This document shows, piece after piece, positions 8,497 through 18,536 of a DNA stretch of 64,000 nt. The DNA is from Candidatus Latescibacterota bacterium (lineage in GTDB: Bacteria; Latescibacterota; UBA2968; GCA-2709665). A program made the translations under genes and the position numbers. Position 1 is the stretch's first letter; every line of letters begins with the position of its first letter. The notes beneath the pieces were generated by a model, which saw only the letters and a list, made by a program, of their open reading frames with translations, did no database searches and was not told the origin of the DNA. The stretch covers positions 1,408,001 to 1,472,000 of the forward strand of contig OZ242180.1 in assembly GCA_965205485.1 (NCBI GenBank), in the 5' to 3' direction.

Positions 8497-10233
8497 ATGC
8501 AGAAATACCCGGTCTGGACGCTCAGGCACAACAGGGATTCGGATTCAGGCGCGGACGGTTCGTCCGGGCCGCTCGTGGACGTGGTGCTGGCGAATCGCGG
8601 TCTGACGGCCGACGATATCGAGGATTCTCCCGGAGTACTCCAGGACCCGTTTACGATGAAGGACATGGACCGGCTTACCGAGCGGATTGTGAAAGCGGTT
8701 CGTTCTGGCGAGCGCATCGTCGTATTCGGTGACTACGACGTGGACGGCGTGACAAGCACGGCCGTGTTTATGGATTTTCTGGACAGGGTGGGAGCGGACG
8801 TCGTGTCCATCCTGCCGGACCGCTACCGGGACGGATACGGCATGAAACCGGCCGGCGTTCAGCGGGCGGTCGAAGCGGGCGCGCGCGTCATCGTGACGGC
8901 CGACAACGGCATCTCCTCGTTCAAGGCGGTTGAGACGGCAAACGCGGCGGGCATTGATGTTCTGGTGACCGATCATCACGAGCCTCACGGCCGGCTGCCC
9001 GACGCCTTCGCGGTGGTCAACCCCAACCGCCCGGATTGCGGCTATGGGTTCAAGGGTCTCGCGGCCGTGGGTGTGGCGTTCAAAGCCGTGCAGGCGCTTT
9101 CGGATTCGCTGATCGATACATCGGAGCGCAGGTCGTATCTCAATTCGCTGCTGGATCTGGTCGCACTAGGAACCGTGGCGGATATCGCGCCCATGCTGGG
9201 TGAGAACCGTCTGCTCACCCGCAGGGGAATGCAGATTCTGGACCGGACGCAGCGTCCGGGGCTTCAGGCCCTGAAGGCCGTCGCGGGCGCCGATACCCGG
9301 CCCGTGGATACGACGGCGATCGGGTTCTTCCTCGGGCCTCGCATCAACAGCGCCGGGCGACTGGAATCCGCTGACCTGGCGCTGGACCTGCTTCGCACCC
9401 CTGAGGCCGGTCAGGCCGCCCGCCTGGCGGAGCGGCTGAACGGGCTCAACCGGCGGCGGCGAGAGCTTGAGCGTGTGGGCGTGAAACAGGCCGGGGAACA
9501 GGTTGAATCCCTGGCGCTGGACAAGCACCGGATCCTGGTCACGAAAGGCGAAAGCTGGCACCTGGGCGTGGTGGGGTTGATTGCCGGTCGCCTGGCCGAG
9601 CAATACGGCAGGCCGGGCATCGCATGCTCCGAGGTCCGCGGGGATGGTAGCTTCACGGGTTCGGCGCGATCGGGAGCGGGCTACAATATGGCGGAAGCGA
9701 TTTTTCGCTGTGCGGATTTATTGACAGAATACGGCGGGCACGCGGATGCAGGCGGCTTTACCGGCTCGCTGGATCATTTCGAAGCGTTCAAGACCCGGAT
9801 GGAGGCCGATGCGGCGGAGCGGATTTCGGACGAAGACCTCAGAACCCGGCTCGAGCTGGATGCCGCGCTTCGGCCGGAGGAGATCTCGCTGGAAACGGTC
9901 ACGGCGCTATCTGCCCTGTCGCCGTTCGGATCGGGAAACGAAGCGCCGCTTTTCATGGTACAGGACTGCACGGTCGATAGGGCCATGGCGGTGGGAAAAG
10001 GGGCGCACCTCAAGTTGAATCTGGATACAGCGTCTTCCGACGGCCGTGCGGACGGCTCGGCGCGATGGAGTCCGCGGATATGCGACGCGGTCTGGTGGGG
10101 CAAGGGCGAACTGGCCGGTCGGCTTCGCCGGGGGGATCGCGTGGACGTGGCCTGCGCGATTGAATCCAACACCTGGAACGGCCGGACTCAGGTTCAACTC
10201 GTTCTGGAAGATATGCGCCCAGCGGCGGGATAG
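8497..10233 (+). CDS. recJ: Single-stranded-DNA-specific exonuclease RecJ
   Basis: GDYDVDG, TADNG, TDHH, LGTVAD, PRINSAGR, GSARS, GGH and PFGSGN motifs. Confidence 0.97.
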   Translation: MQKYPVWTLRHNRDSDSGADGSSGPLVDVVLANRGLTADDIEDSPGVLQDPFTMKDMDRLTERIVKAVRSGERIVVFGDYDVDGVTSTAVFMDFLDRVGADVVSILPDRYRDGYGMKPAGVQRAVEAGARVIVTADNGISSFKAVETANAAGIDVLVTDHHEPHGRLPDAFAVVNPNRPDCGYGFKGLAAVGVAFKAVQALSDSLIDTSERRSYLNSLLDLVALGTVADIAPMLGENRLLTRRGMQILDRTQRPGLQALKAVAGADTRPVDTTAIGFFLGPRINSAGRLESADLALDLLRTPEAGQAARLAERLNGLNRRRRELERVGVKQAGEQVESLALDKHRILVTKGESWHLGVVGLIAGRLAEQYGRPGIACSEVRGDGSFTGSARSGAGYNMAEAIFRCADLLTEYGGHADAGGFTGSLDHFEAFKTRMEADAAERISDEDLRTRLELDAALRPEEISLETVTALSALSPFGSGNEAPLFMVQDCTVDRAMAVGKGAHLKLNLDTASSDGRADGSARWSPRICDAVWWGKGELAGRLRRGDRVDVACAIESNTWNGRTQVQLVLEDMRPAAG

Positions 10234-10259
10234 AAGGTATCCGAGTTAAAGAAGGTTCC

Positions 10260-11255
10260 TCAGGTAATCATCGGAACTTCCACGCGCTTTCCGGTCCGGG
10301 CGGATTCGTGGGCCGCCAGGGCCACGGCGACCACGCGCCGCCCGTCACTGCCATCCGATCGCGGCGCATCTCCCCGTTGAATGCAACCGATGAAGTGCGC
10401 GATCTCGTCCACCAGGCCGTTGTTCCCGGGCACCTCGATGGCGGCTGAACTCCCGCCGTGCCGGGCGAATGTGATGGGGCCGCCCGGTGCGTTGAGCTTA
10501 AGCGCGCCTTCTGTGCCGGCAACGCCGAGTTCGTAGCTGTTGACCGGATAGACCCGGCTGCTGCTCAGTGAGCCGATGGCGCCTGAGGCGAATTCGATGC
10601 CGATGAAGATGCTTTCCTCGACTTCGTTCTCCTGGTCCTCTCCATATTTCATCACGGCATTGACCGCATGGATTTCACCGGCCAGCCAGGCGAGCTGGTC
10701 GAGCTCGTGGCTGTACATCGAAAACATCCCACCGTAGGTTTCCTTTCGTTTCTGCCACCCGCCAACGCCACCCGGCGCGCCGGTTCCCAGACGCACCGCA
10801 TGCGCCAGCGTGATTTCACCAATGTCCCCTCGTTCCACACGGCGTTTCATTTCCATATAGACCGCCTGAAAACGGAGGACATAGCCGATCATCAGGAAAA
10901 CGCCTGACTGTTCCGCGGCGCGGATCATCGCATCGCAGTCGCCAACGGTCAGCGCCATGGGTTTTTCGCAGAAGACGTGGGCGCCCGCCAGCGCCGCGTC
11001 CGTACCGATGCGGCTGTGAGTGTGGTTGGGCGTCACCACCAGCACGGCGTCAGGTTTCTCGGCAGCCAGCATGGCGCGATGGTCCGTGTACGGCTGCGGG
11101 CCGGATGCCAGTTGCGCGGCAAGCTGAGCCGCGGATTCCCCAACCACGTCGCAAACGGCGACGAGCCTCGCACCCTCCATCGCTTCCACGTTTCTGGCGT
11201 GGGCCCGGCCGAGCCCGCCGCAGCCAGCCAGCGCGACTTTCATAAGTTCTGCCAT
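10260..11255 (-). CDS. Gfo/Idh/MocA family oxidoreductase
   Basis: GCGGLG, CEKP, G.VLRF and HELD motifs. Confidence 0.93.
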   Translation of the reverse strand: MAELMKVALAGCGGLGRAHARNVEAMEGARLVAVCDVVGESAAQLAAQLASGPQPYTDHRAMLAAEKPDAVLVVTPNHTHSRIGTDAALAGAHVFCEKPMALTVGDCDAMIRAAEQSGVFLMIGYVLRFQAVYMEMKRRVERGDIGEITLAHAVRLGTGAPGGVGGWQKRKETYGGMFSMYSHELDQLAWLAGEIHAVNAVMKYGEDQENEVEESIFIGIEFASGAIGSLSSSRVYPVNSYELGVAGTEGALKLNAPGGPITFARHGGSSAAIEVPGNNGLVDEIAHFIGCIQRGDAPRSDGSDGRRVVAVALAAHESARTGKRVEVPMIT

Positions 11256-11287
11256 TGCTCAAACCTGTCCGGTAACCGCGAGTCGTG

Positions 11288-12298
11288 TCACAAAAGAATC
11301 GGCGTGGAACCGCTTTCGGCCGATTCTTCCGCGGCGAAACACGCGGCATGGGTGTTCACGGCCACGGCCAGGTTGCCGTGCGATTCCACGTCGTTGAGGA
11401 TACAATCGACAAGGTGGTCGATCATCTCCTGGAAGGGATGGTGGGAAACCGCGCCGCTGTCCGGCAACACGGTGGGAAAACTGCCGAAGGCGTCCTGGCC
11501 CGAAAGCTGGCGGGTGTAGAACTGGTTGTTCCGGATCACGCCTTCGGTCCCGAAGACCTCGATGTTGAAGACGTAGGGCATGAAAAAAGCCGTGGAACCG
11601 GAGAATTTACCCGCGGCGCCCCCCGCGAACGCCACCGTGGCGACCGTCGTGGATCGGTAGTCGTTCTCGTGCGTGCGATGTCCTGGAGAGACACCCGTCA
11701 CCCGGATGACCTCGTCGTTGTCCAGGATGTATCGGGCGGCGTCGAGCGCGTGGCAGCCGCCGTGAACAATGGCGCCGTTGACCATCGGGTTCCAGCCGTC
11801 GCGGCTGAATCTCCCGGGGCGGGCGTTGGTGGGCCCGTGCCAGTAGTCGGCCTGGACGAGCAGCGGTACGCCGACCCAACCCTTCTCGACAGCCTGTTTC
11901 ATGGAAATGATGAGGGGATTCCATCGAAGCACGAAGCCGATTACCGTCTTCACGCCCGCGCTCTCCACGGCCCGGTGCATCTCGTCCAGCTCTTCGTGTT
12001 TCGTGGCCACCGGTTTTTCGATCAGGAGGTGTTTGCCTGCGCGCGCGGCGGCAATGGCTTCCCCGGCGTGGCGGTCAGGCGGGGTACAGATGGAAACCAC
12101 GTCGACGTCCGGATGCTCGAGAAGCCTGTCGTAGTTGTCGTAAAGGTCGCATTCAACGCCGAGTTCCACCGCTTTTCGCCGGGCGCTCTCGAGCGTTCGG
12201 CTTCCGATAGCGACCAATCGGGTGTGGGGGTTGTTCAGGTACGCCTTGATGTGTTCCGTGGAGACGTTTCCCGCGCCCTGGATCGCAACGCCGAGCAT
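11288..12298 (-). CDS. Gfo/Idh/MocA family oxidoreductase
   Basis: Start MLGVAIQGAG at 12298 with GGAG SD; EKP, GFVLRW and CHALD motifs. Confidence 0.9.
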   Translation of the reverse strand: MLGVAIQGAGNVSTEHIKAYLNNPHTRLVAIGSRTLESARRKAVELGVECDLYDNYDRLLEHPDVDVVSICTPPDRHAGEAIAAARAGKHLLIEKPVATKHEELDEMHRAVESAGVKTVIGFVLRWNPLIISMKQAVEKGWVGVPLLVQADYWHGPTNARPGRFSRDGWNPMVNGAIVHGGCHALDAARYILDNDEVIRVTGVSPGHRTHENDYRSTTVATVAFAGGAAGKFSGSTAFFMPYVFNIEVFGTEGVIRNNQFYTRQLSGQDAFGSFPTVLPDSGAVSHHPFQEMIDHLVDCILNDVESHGNLAVAVNTHAACFAAEESAESGSTPILL

Positions 12299-12671
12299 TA
12301 TTTCTCCCTCCGGGTTTTTCTGCGTGAAGATTTCCGAACCGTCAGCTGGCGGTCGGTGTTTATCAGGCGGTAGCGTGGTTTGAAAGCAATCGCTCTTGAC
12401 GATGTAAAGCACGGGATCGGGTTGTCCCAGCTTCGGCGTCCGGAACAAAGGGTGGGGAAAATAAGCGGGAGTGGGACCGGAGTCAAGACCGATCCCCCGC
12501 GTCCCGCGACCCTTTCCCGGCACAACTTTCCTGCATTTCACCCACGCCTGTGTTGGTTCCGGTCAACTCCGCAGTCCTGACCGCCGGCTCCATGAACCAT
12601 TGCTATTTCCGGGTGTCCGCTTTATTTTAGCGCGTTACGCCGCATCCGTTTTTTCAGATCCGAGGTGAAGG

Positions 12672-13532
12672 TTGCCGAAACGAATCAACAGGGCCATCGA
12701 ACTCCTGGAGCAGGGACAGCCGATATATTATGTCGGCATCTCCGAGCTGTCGTACGAGACGGGCCGGGACATGGCCGGGACGTGGGCCGACTACATCAAC
12801 GTCAGCATTGAGCACGGCGCGTTCGATATGCCGGGGCTGGGCGCATTCATGCGCGGACTGGTCGACGGCGGTCCCACGGCCAGCGGGCACCGGACGCCCG
12901 CCGTCATCGTCGATTTGCCCGTGGAGGGTTCGAGCGAAGCGGAGGTCCGGGCCAATGCGTGGATGTTCAAACAGGCGCTGGCGCGGGGCGTGCACGGGAT
13001 ACTCCTGTGCCATGCCGAAGACCCGGACGGAGTCCGCGCTTTCGTGGAAAGTTGCAGGTATCCGTTCCGGAAACCTGCGGAGGGGCACGGTGACGGGCGG
13101 CGCGGCGCCGGGGGTCAGGGCTGGGCCTCGCAGATCTGGGGCGTGTCCGCCGCTGATTACCTGGAGAAGGCCGACCCGTGGCCGCTGAGTCCCGGCGGCG
13201 AGTTGATGCTGGGCGTGAAGATCGAGAACAAACGCGCGCTGGCCAACGCTGAAGCCACTGCAAAAGTGCAGGGGCTCGCGTTCGGCGAATGGGGACCCGG
13301 GGATATGGGTATGTCGTTTGGGTATGCCGATCGGCACGGCCCGCCCTATCCGCCTGAAATCCGGGCCGCCCGGGCCCGCGTGATGGCGGCCTGTAAGGAC
13401 GCCGGTCTGTTCTTCCTGAACGGCGCGAACGAGGAAAACATCAGGGAGATGATAGATGAAGGGGTGATGATCTGCTCCGGAGGCCGGGAGGCCGTGGCGG
13501 AGGTGGGACGGGCGTATTCCGGAAGAAAGTGA
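12672..13532 (+). CDS. HpcH/HpaI aldolase / citrate-lyase family protein
   Basis: IEHG, KQALARGVHGI, KIEN and GPGDMGMSFG motifs; TTG start. Confidence 0.8.
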   Translation: MPKRINRAIELLEQGQPIYYVGISELSYETGRDMAGTWADYINVSIEHGAFDMPGLGAFMRGLVDGGPTASGHRTPAVIVDLPVEGSSEAEVRANAWMFKQALARGVHGILLCHAEDPDGVRAFVESCRYPFRKPAEGHGDGRRGAGGQGWASQIWGVSAADYLEKADPWPLSPGGELMLGVKIENKRALANAEATAKVQGLAFGEWGPGDMGMSFGYADRHGPPYPPEIRAARARVMAACKDAGLFFLNGANEENIREMIDEGVMICSGGREAVAEVGRAYSGRK

Positions 13533-13635
13533 ACACAGTTGAAATGGAACGGCAGGAGACAACCGGATCATATAAAAGCTGACGGACGCCCGTCGGAGAA
13601 AGGAGCGTTGAAACGAATGAATATCGTTGCTCCCT

Positions 13636-13798
13636 GTGTTCTGTCCCGGAAATAAGTTGCCTGAATTCGACCGCCGAGTCGCCTGGCTCGCAAGGCGCCG
13701 GAGCGCATGCGACCTGCGTAAGGTCGGCGAGCGAGGGGAACGCAGCGAGACGGGATGAATCGGCGGTCGAATGGTGAGGAATTTTTGGGACAGGACAC
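13636..13798. mobile_element. 163-bp MITE-like element, family 1, copy 2 (inverted)
   Basis: Reverse complement of 2461-2623 with scattered substitutions. Confidence 0.8.
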
Positions 13799-13884
13799 GA
13801 GCGCTTGCAAGTCATCTTGACGGCTGGCGCCAAAACCACAGTTGTCTGAACTGACGAAGAACCGTCGGTAAGAGGAGGGAAGAA

Positions 13885-14586
13885 ATGTCGAGTTCACACA
13901 TCCGTACAGTCATCGAGGTCGTTCTGGCGGCTGGCTGCGCGTACCTGGCATATATCGCGTACATCGCCCCGGTCAATGTCACCATCAACTACGATGCCGA
14001 GAACGCCATTCAGATGCGGATCGAAGACAAAATGGTGGCGCACGACGCCGTCCTGGACTCGATCTGGAGCAAGGACTTCGCCAGACAAGCGACGCTGGGG
14101 TGGTTGACCGAGAAGGACGTCTATCACTACCGGAACAGCGCCATTGCCGGGCGCCTGGCGGAAGACATGCCGGATGCGCCGCAGGGAGGGAGCGAAACCA
14201 TTGAAGCGCGGAAGGCGCGACTCGAAGCCGCGATCGCCGAAAATCCGCTGATCGCAGATCTTCGCGGCCGGTCGCACGGATTACAGTCTCCGTTTCAGTA
14301 TCTTGGCAAGCGGGTCCGGGTCGGCGTTCCCAGCGGAAACAGACCTCGAAGCAACGTGGCGTACGCGGCCTACGGGAGCGAGTTCGAAGGCAGGGTCGTA
14401 GAAATCTGGAATCCCGTGAACGACAAACGCGTGTCGGTTTTTGCGCAGGGCGCGTTCATGCCCACCGAAACGGTCACCATCGACTTCCAGATGAACAGAC
14501 AGCAGGCGGTAGACCTGTTCGATCGCGTCGACGAGACCGCGGACGCGGTGGCGGTTATTCTTCCGCCGTCCACGCCGGCGCCGTAG
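13885..14586 (+). CDS. Hypothetical protein with an N-terminal membrane anchor
   Basis: GAGG SD; one hydrophobic helix; plausible protein composition. Confidence 0.65.
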   Translation: MSSSHIRTVIEVVLAAGCAYLAYIAYIAPVNVTINYDAENAIQMRIEDKMVAHDAVLDSIWSKDFARQATLGWLTEKDVYHYRNSAIAGRLAEDMPDAPQGGSETIEARKARLEAAIAENPLIADLRGRSHGLQSPFQYLGKRVRVGVPSGNRPRSNVAYAAYGSEFEGRVVEIWNPVNDKRVSVFAQGAFMPTETVTIDFQMNRQQAVDLFDRVDETADAVAVILPPSTPAP

Positions 14587-14767
14587 ACGCGTTTCAATCG
14601 CCTGTCGATCGACCCATCTGGCCGACCCGATGCGACTCTGGTCACTGCATCCCCGCTATCTGGACGCGGTCGGCAGGCTCAAATCAGCGCGCGTGCCGCT
14701 TCCGCATCCGTTATTCGTTGTGATCCCGGGGCCGATTGAAGCATGGGAACGACCTGGCGCGCCGTAA

Positions 14768-14848
14768 CGGAACATCGGCGAGCACGGTTTCGTCGCCCAT
14801 TTCGAAGACTGCGAGGGCAACCGGGTCGCGATGCATTCCTGGACCTGA
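14768..14848 (+). pseudogene. C-terminal remnant of a VOC/glyoxalase family gene
   Basis: Translates IGEHGFVAHFEDCEGNRVAMHSWT*, preceded by an in-frame stop and no start. Confidence 0.6.
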
Positions 14849-14939
14849 GCCGATCCGCGCAGACCCCTGCCACTCATTCCCCAGGACATTCCCCGGCTTC
14901 TATTTCCTCACCGCACTCCGGACGAATTCCCTTCGAAGT

Positions 14940-15476
14940 CTACCTTCCAAGCAGCTGTTCGACGGCCCAGTCGAGTTCCGCTTCCGTATCGGGTCCGTAG
15001 CCCATTTGTGCGAACCTGACACGGCCCTTCCTGTCAACCAGATAGGTAGTTGGAATGCTCCGGACGTCGTAGTCCGATTGTACGCCGGGATCGGCGAACA
15101 GGACCGGAAAGGTGTAGCCGTTTTTCCGCACAAACGGCTCCACGCGCGCCCGGTCGAAATCGGAACTGATGGCTAGTACGGTCAGGCCCTTATTGCGATA
15201 CCGTTCGTGCAACTTCTGGATATGGGGCAATTCGTACAGGCACGGTACGCACCAGGTCGCCCAGAAGTTGATCAGGACGACACGGTCTTTATTGTCGGAT
15301 AACCGGATAACCGAACCGTCCGGACTGTCCAGCGCGAAGTCGGGAGCTGCCGGGCCCACGGGCAGCGCGCTCTCCGGCTCCGGCGCCTCCGCGAGCATCT
15401 GCCCCAACGCGACACCGGCGAGGACCACCGCGACGCCCATGAACACCCAGGATTTCCATCCAAACCCCAATTTCAT
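14940..15476 (-). CDS. TlpA-family thiol-disulfide oxidoreductase
   Basis: N-terminal TM/signal; APDFAL, INFWATWCVPC and IPTTYLVDRKG motifs. Confidence 0.92.
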   Translation of the reverse strand: MKLGFGWKSWVFMGVAVVLAGVALGQMLAEAPEPESALPVGPAAPDFALDSPDGSVIRLSDNKDRVVLINFWATWCVPCLYELPHIQKLHERYRNKGLTVLAISSDFDRARVEPFVRKNGYTFPVLFADPGVQSDYDVRSIPTTYLVDRKGRVRFAQMGYGPDTEAELDWAVEQLLGR

Positions 15477-15552
15477 ATCGCCATCCTCTTCAGTTCCGTA
15501 GACAGGCCCCGCCTTCACACCGGGAAAAGCGACGCCTCCCCGGCACGGAGAG

Positions 15553-15750
15553 GGGAGCGGTTCTGCCGCATTTCAGTTCGCGCCGAATGCCAGACGCTAA
15601 AGCCCGATCCCATAATGAAGTATACATTTCGACCACGGTTATTGCAAGACCTGTCATTCTGAGCGCAGCGAAGAATCTCCCGTCTTCTCGATTGTCCAGA
15701 CGGCTAAACACCAGTAAACACATTTGCGCGGACGCTTCGAAGGCCTCGAG
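15553..15750. repeat. About 200-bp intergenic duplication containing a GTCATTCTGAGCGCAGCGAAGAATCT REP-like unit
   Basis: Homologous, interrupted copy at about 20841-21260. Confidence 0.7.
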
Positions 15751-15772
15751 CCCACCTACCGCACGTGTATCC

Positions 15773-16909
15773 CTAAGGCGTGAAGATCAGGATCTGATCC
15801 GAAATCTCCTCCTTGAACGTGTGTCCACTGCCGTTATCCTTCGATCCGCCGGCAATCATCACGCGGCCGTCCGCAAGCAAGGTTACCGTAGGCGAGGACC
15901 GCCACCCTATGCTGTGTCCTGTAGGAGAAAACGCATGGGTGTCCGGATTGTACAGTACGATATCGCCGTTATGCGAGTTTATGAACATCACCCTGCCGGA
16001 AGGCAGTAGCAGGGCGGCCATCGGGTCGATTGTGGAAACGCCGGCCGGCGAAAACATGTTGCTTTCAGGGTCGTAGATCTCCGCCGTCTGTACCGATGTC
16101 CGAATAGCGACATTACTACCGCCTATTATCAGGACTCTATCGTCCCGCAGAAGCACGGCCTCGTGAAATTGACGATCGAACTGCAGATTACCTGCTTCTG
16201 AAAAAGCTTCGGACGACGGATTGTAAATCAGATTCCGTCCGACCGACCCACCGTCTCTTCTCGCAATCCGTCCTCCAACGATCAGCACACGGCCGTCTTT
16301 CAACAGAGTCGCGGTATGACCAATTCGGGGATGGTCCATCGCGAATATGGACGGAAATGTGCCTGTAGTGGGGTCGAAGACACCCGTGTGGCCCACCGAG
16401 GTCACAAACACCTTTCCATCGTGCAGCAGGGTCGAGGTAAAGATGGTCGCATTGGACGGTACCATTGCCACGGCGTCGAATCTACCTGACTGGGAATCGT
16501 ACATCTCAATTGGGAGATGACCATGCCTGGGCATGATCAGGACCCGACCGTCGGAAAGCAATATTCCGTGGTCCTCGCTGCGACTGGCCGTCAGGTCTCC
16601 CGTCGTCGTTGAGACCCCGGTTTCAGGATCGAAAATCTCCGCGCTGATGTGACGCATTGGACGGGGAATATCGGTGTTCGGGGGAGGTGGCGCATCGAGC
16701 ACGGGAAGCAATTCCGCGTAGCCGCCGGCGATCAGGACCTTCCCATCTTGCAATAATGTCGCGGCATGCCAATACCGGGGCTTGCTCAAATTACCGACCT
16801 CGTGGAGACCCCTTTCAAGGGCCGGCGGCTCCGACGTGGTGACCGAATCACCGCCGCAGGCCCAGAGGCTCGCTACGACGAACAGCGCAAACGACATTCT
16901 GATGGTCAT
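15773..16909 (-). CDS. Kelch-repeat beta-propeller lipoprotein K1
   Basis: Lipobox LWAC; repeated H.ATLL.DGRVLI.GG and AEIYDP motifs; ends DQILIFTP. Confidence 0.9.
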   Translation of the reverse strand: MTIRMSFALFVVASLWACGGDSVTTSEPPALERGLHEVGNLSKPRYWHAATLLQDGKVLIAGGYAELLPVLDAPPPPNTDIPRPMRHISAEIFDPETGVSTTTGDLTASRSEDHGILLSDGRVLIMPRHGHLPIEMYDSQSGRFDAVAMVPSNATIFTSTLLHDGKVFVTSVGHTGVFDPTTGTFPSIFAMDHPRIGHTATLLKDGRVLIVGGRIARRDGGSVGRNLIYNPSSEAFSEAGNLQFDRQFHEAVLLRDDRVLIIGGSNVAIRTSVQTAEIYDPESNMFSPAGVSTIDPMAALLLPSGRVMFINSHNGDIVLYNPDTHAFSPTGHSIGWRSSPTVTLLADGRVMIAGGSKDNGSGHTFKEEISDQILIFTP

Positions 16910-16970
16910 CTTCTCTCCCTCGCTTTAAGTGTCCGTGAGTGCAACATCTACGCGACAGGGCTGGCTTAGC

Positions 16971-16995
16971 GGCAGACAGGAATGTCTACCCCACC
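16971..16995 (-). repeat. REP-like palindrome GGTGGGGYRGACATTCCTGTCTGCC
   Basis: Copies at 18466-18489, 22476-22500, 23687-23711 and, inverted, 36791-36814. Confidence 0.75.
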
Positions 16996-17040
16996 TTCAC
17001 ACCCGCGTTCCTCAGCACGACGGATTGCGCACGTGCGTCG

Positions 17041-18180
17041 CTAAGGCGTAAAAATGAAAATCTGATCTGTAATCTCCTCCTCGAACGTGTGTCCATTGCC
17101 GGCATCCTTCCTTCCACCCGCAATCATTACGCGGCCGTCTGAAAGCAGCGTTACCGTAGGCGACGACCGCCAGCCAATACTGTGTCCTGTAGGAGAGAAT
17201 GCATGCGTGTCGGGATTATACAGTGCGATATCGCCATTATAAGCGCGGATGAGGAGAACGTCGCCAGACGGCAACAGTACGGCGGCGCTCGGGTCGATTG
17301 CAGATACGCCGGCAGGCGAAAACGCGTTTGCTTCAGGGTCGTAGATCTCGGCCGTCTGCACGAATGCCCCCCAACCGGCGGTGCCGCCTACGATCAGTAC
17401 CCTGCCGTCCTGGAGAAGCACCGCCTTATGGTTTATGCGGTCAAACTGCATTTTACCGGCTTCGGACATGTCCCTGGACGAGGGATCGTAAATGACGTTC
17501 CGTCCAACCAGCCCACCGTCTCTTTCCGCAACCAGTCCTCCAACGATCAGCACGCGTCCGTCTTTCAAGAGCGTTGCTGTATGGAGTCTGCGAGCTTCCT
17601 CCCGCTTGTAGATGGAGTGAAATGCGCGCGCATCCGGGTCGAAGACACCCGTGTGGTGGTCCACGGAGGTCACGAAGACCTTTCCATCTTGCAGCAGAGT
17701 CGCGGTGAAGATGTTCGCATTGGACGGTACCTTCGCCACGGCGTCGAATCTGCCTGAATGAGGATCGTATATCTCAATGGGTAGATAACCAAACCTGGGC
17801 ATAATCAGGACCCGACCGTCCGGAAGCAAAATCCCATTGTCGGCGTAGCGTTTGACAGTCATGTCTCCCGTTGGCGAAGAGGTTCCGGTCTCGGGATCGA
17901 ATATCTCCGCGCTGGTAAGAAACCCCGCGGGCAGATACATGACGGTACCGCCTGGAGAAGGGTCCCGGACTTCTGTAGGCGGTTCCGCCAGGCCGCCTGC
18001 GATCAGGACCTTGCCGTTCGGCAATAATGTCGCGGCATGCCAATACCGGGGCTTGCTCAAATTACCGACCTCGTGGAGACCCCTTTCAAGGGCCGGCGGC
18101 TCCGATGTGGTCACCGAATCACTACCACAAGCCCAGGGGCTCGTGACGACGAACAACGCAAACAGGATTCTGGCGGTCAT
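17041..18180 (-). CDS. Kelch-repeat lipoprotein K2
   Basis: Start MTARILF at 18180 with GAGG SD; PWAC lipobox; Kelch repeats. Confidence 0.9.
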   Translation of the reverse strand: MTARILFALFVVTSPWACGSDSVTTSEPPALERGLHEVGNLSKPRYWHAATLLPNGKVLIAGGLAEPPTEVRDPSPGGTVMYLPAGFLTSAEIFDPETGTSSPTGDMTVKRYADNGILLPDGRVLIMPRFGYLPIEIYDPHSGRFDAVAKVPSNANIFTATLLQDGKVFVTSVDHHTGVFDPDARAFHSIYKREEARRLHTATLLKDGRVLIVGGLVAERDGGLVGRNVIYDPSSRDMSEAGKMQFDRINHKAVLLQDGRVLIVGGTAGWGAFVQTAEIYDPEANAFSPAGVSAIDPSAAVLLPSGDVLLIRAYNGDIALYNPDTHAFSPTGHSIGWRSSPTVTLLSDGRVMIAGGRKDAGNGHTFEEEITDQIFIFTP

Positions 18181-18247
18181 ATTCTCTTCCTCAATTGAAA
18201 ATGAACTGAAATCCCCCCACCGCATCAGCCGTCGCCTGCCCCTACGA

Positions 18248-18303
18248 CCCTTCGACAAGCTCAGGGACCGCAGGCTCGGGGCAGCACCTTCGACAGGCTC
18301 AGA
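18248..18303. repeat. CCTTCGACA(A/G)GCTCAG REP-like units
   Basis: Also at about 18375-18392, 20933-20964, 40598-40684 and 46601-46642. Confidence 0.65.
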
Positions 18304-18536
18304 TAGCGGCGCCGGGCAGGCTATGGGTCTCCTTACACCGGTCTAATGACGACCTATAAACTCAATAACGCGTGGTCATTGAGCTTGTCGAAATGCCCGC
18401 TATTCAACAGCCTTTCGACACTTCGCCAATGGTTATCGCAACACACACCGTTCTGAGCGCGGCGAGCAGACAGGATTGTCCGCCCCACCCTCACACCCGG
18501 ATTCTTCAGCAGGAGAGATCGGGTGCGCGGATACAC

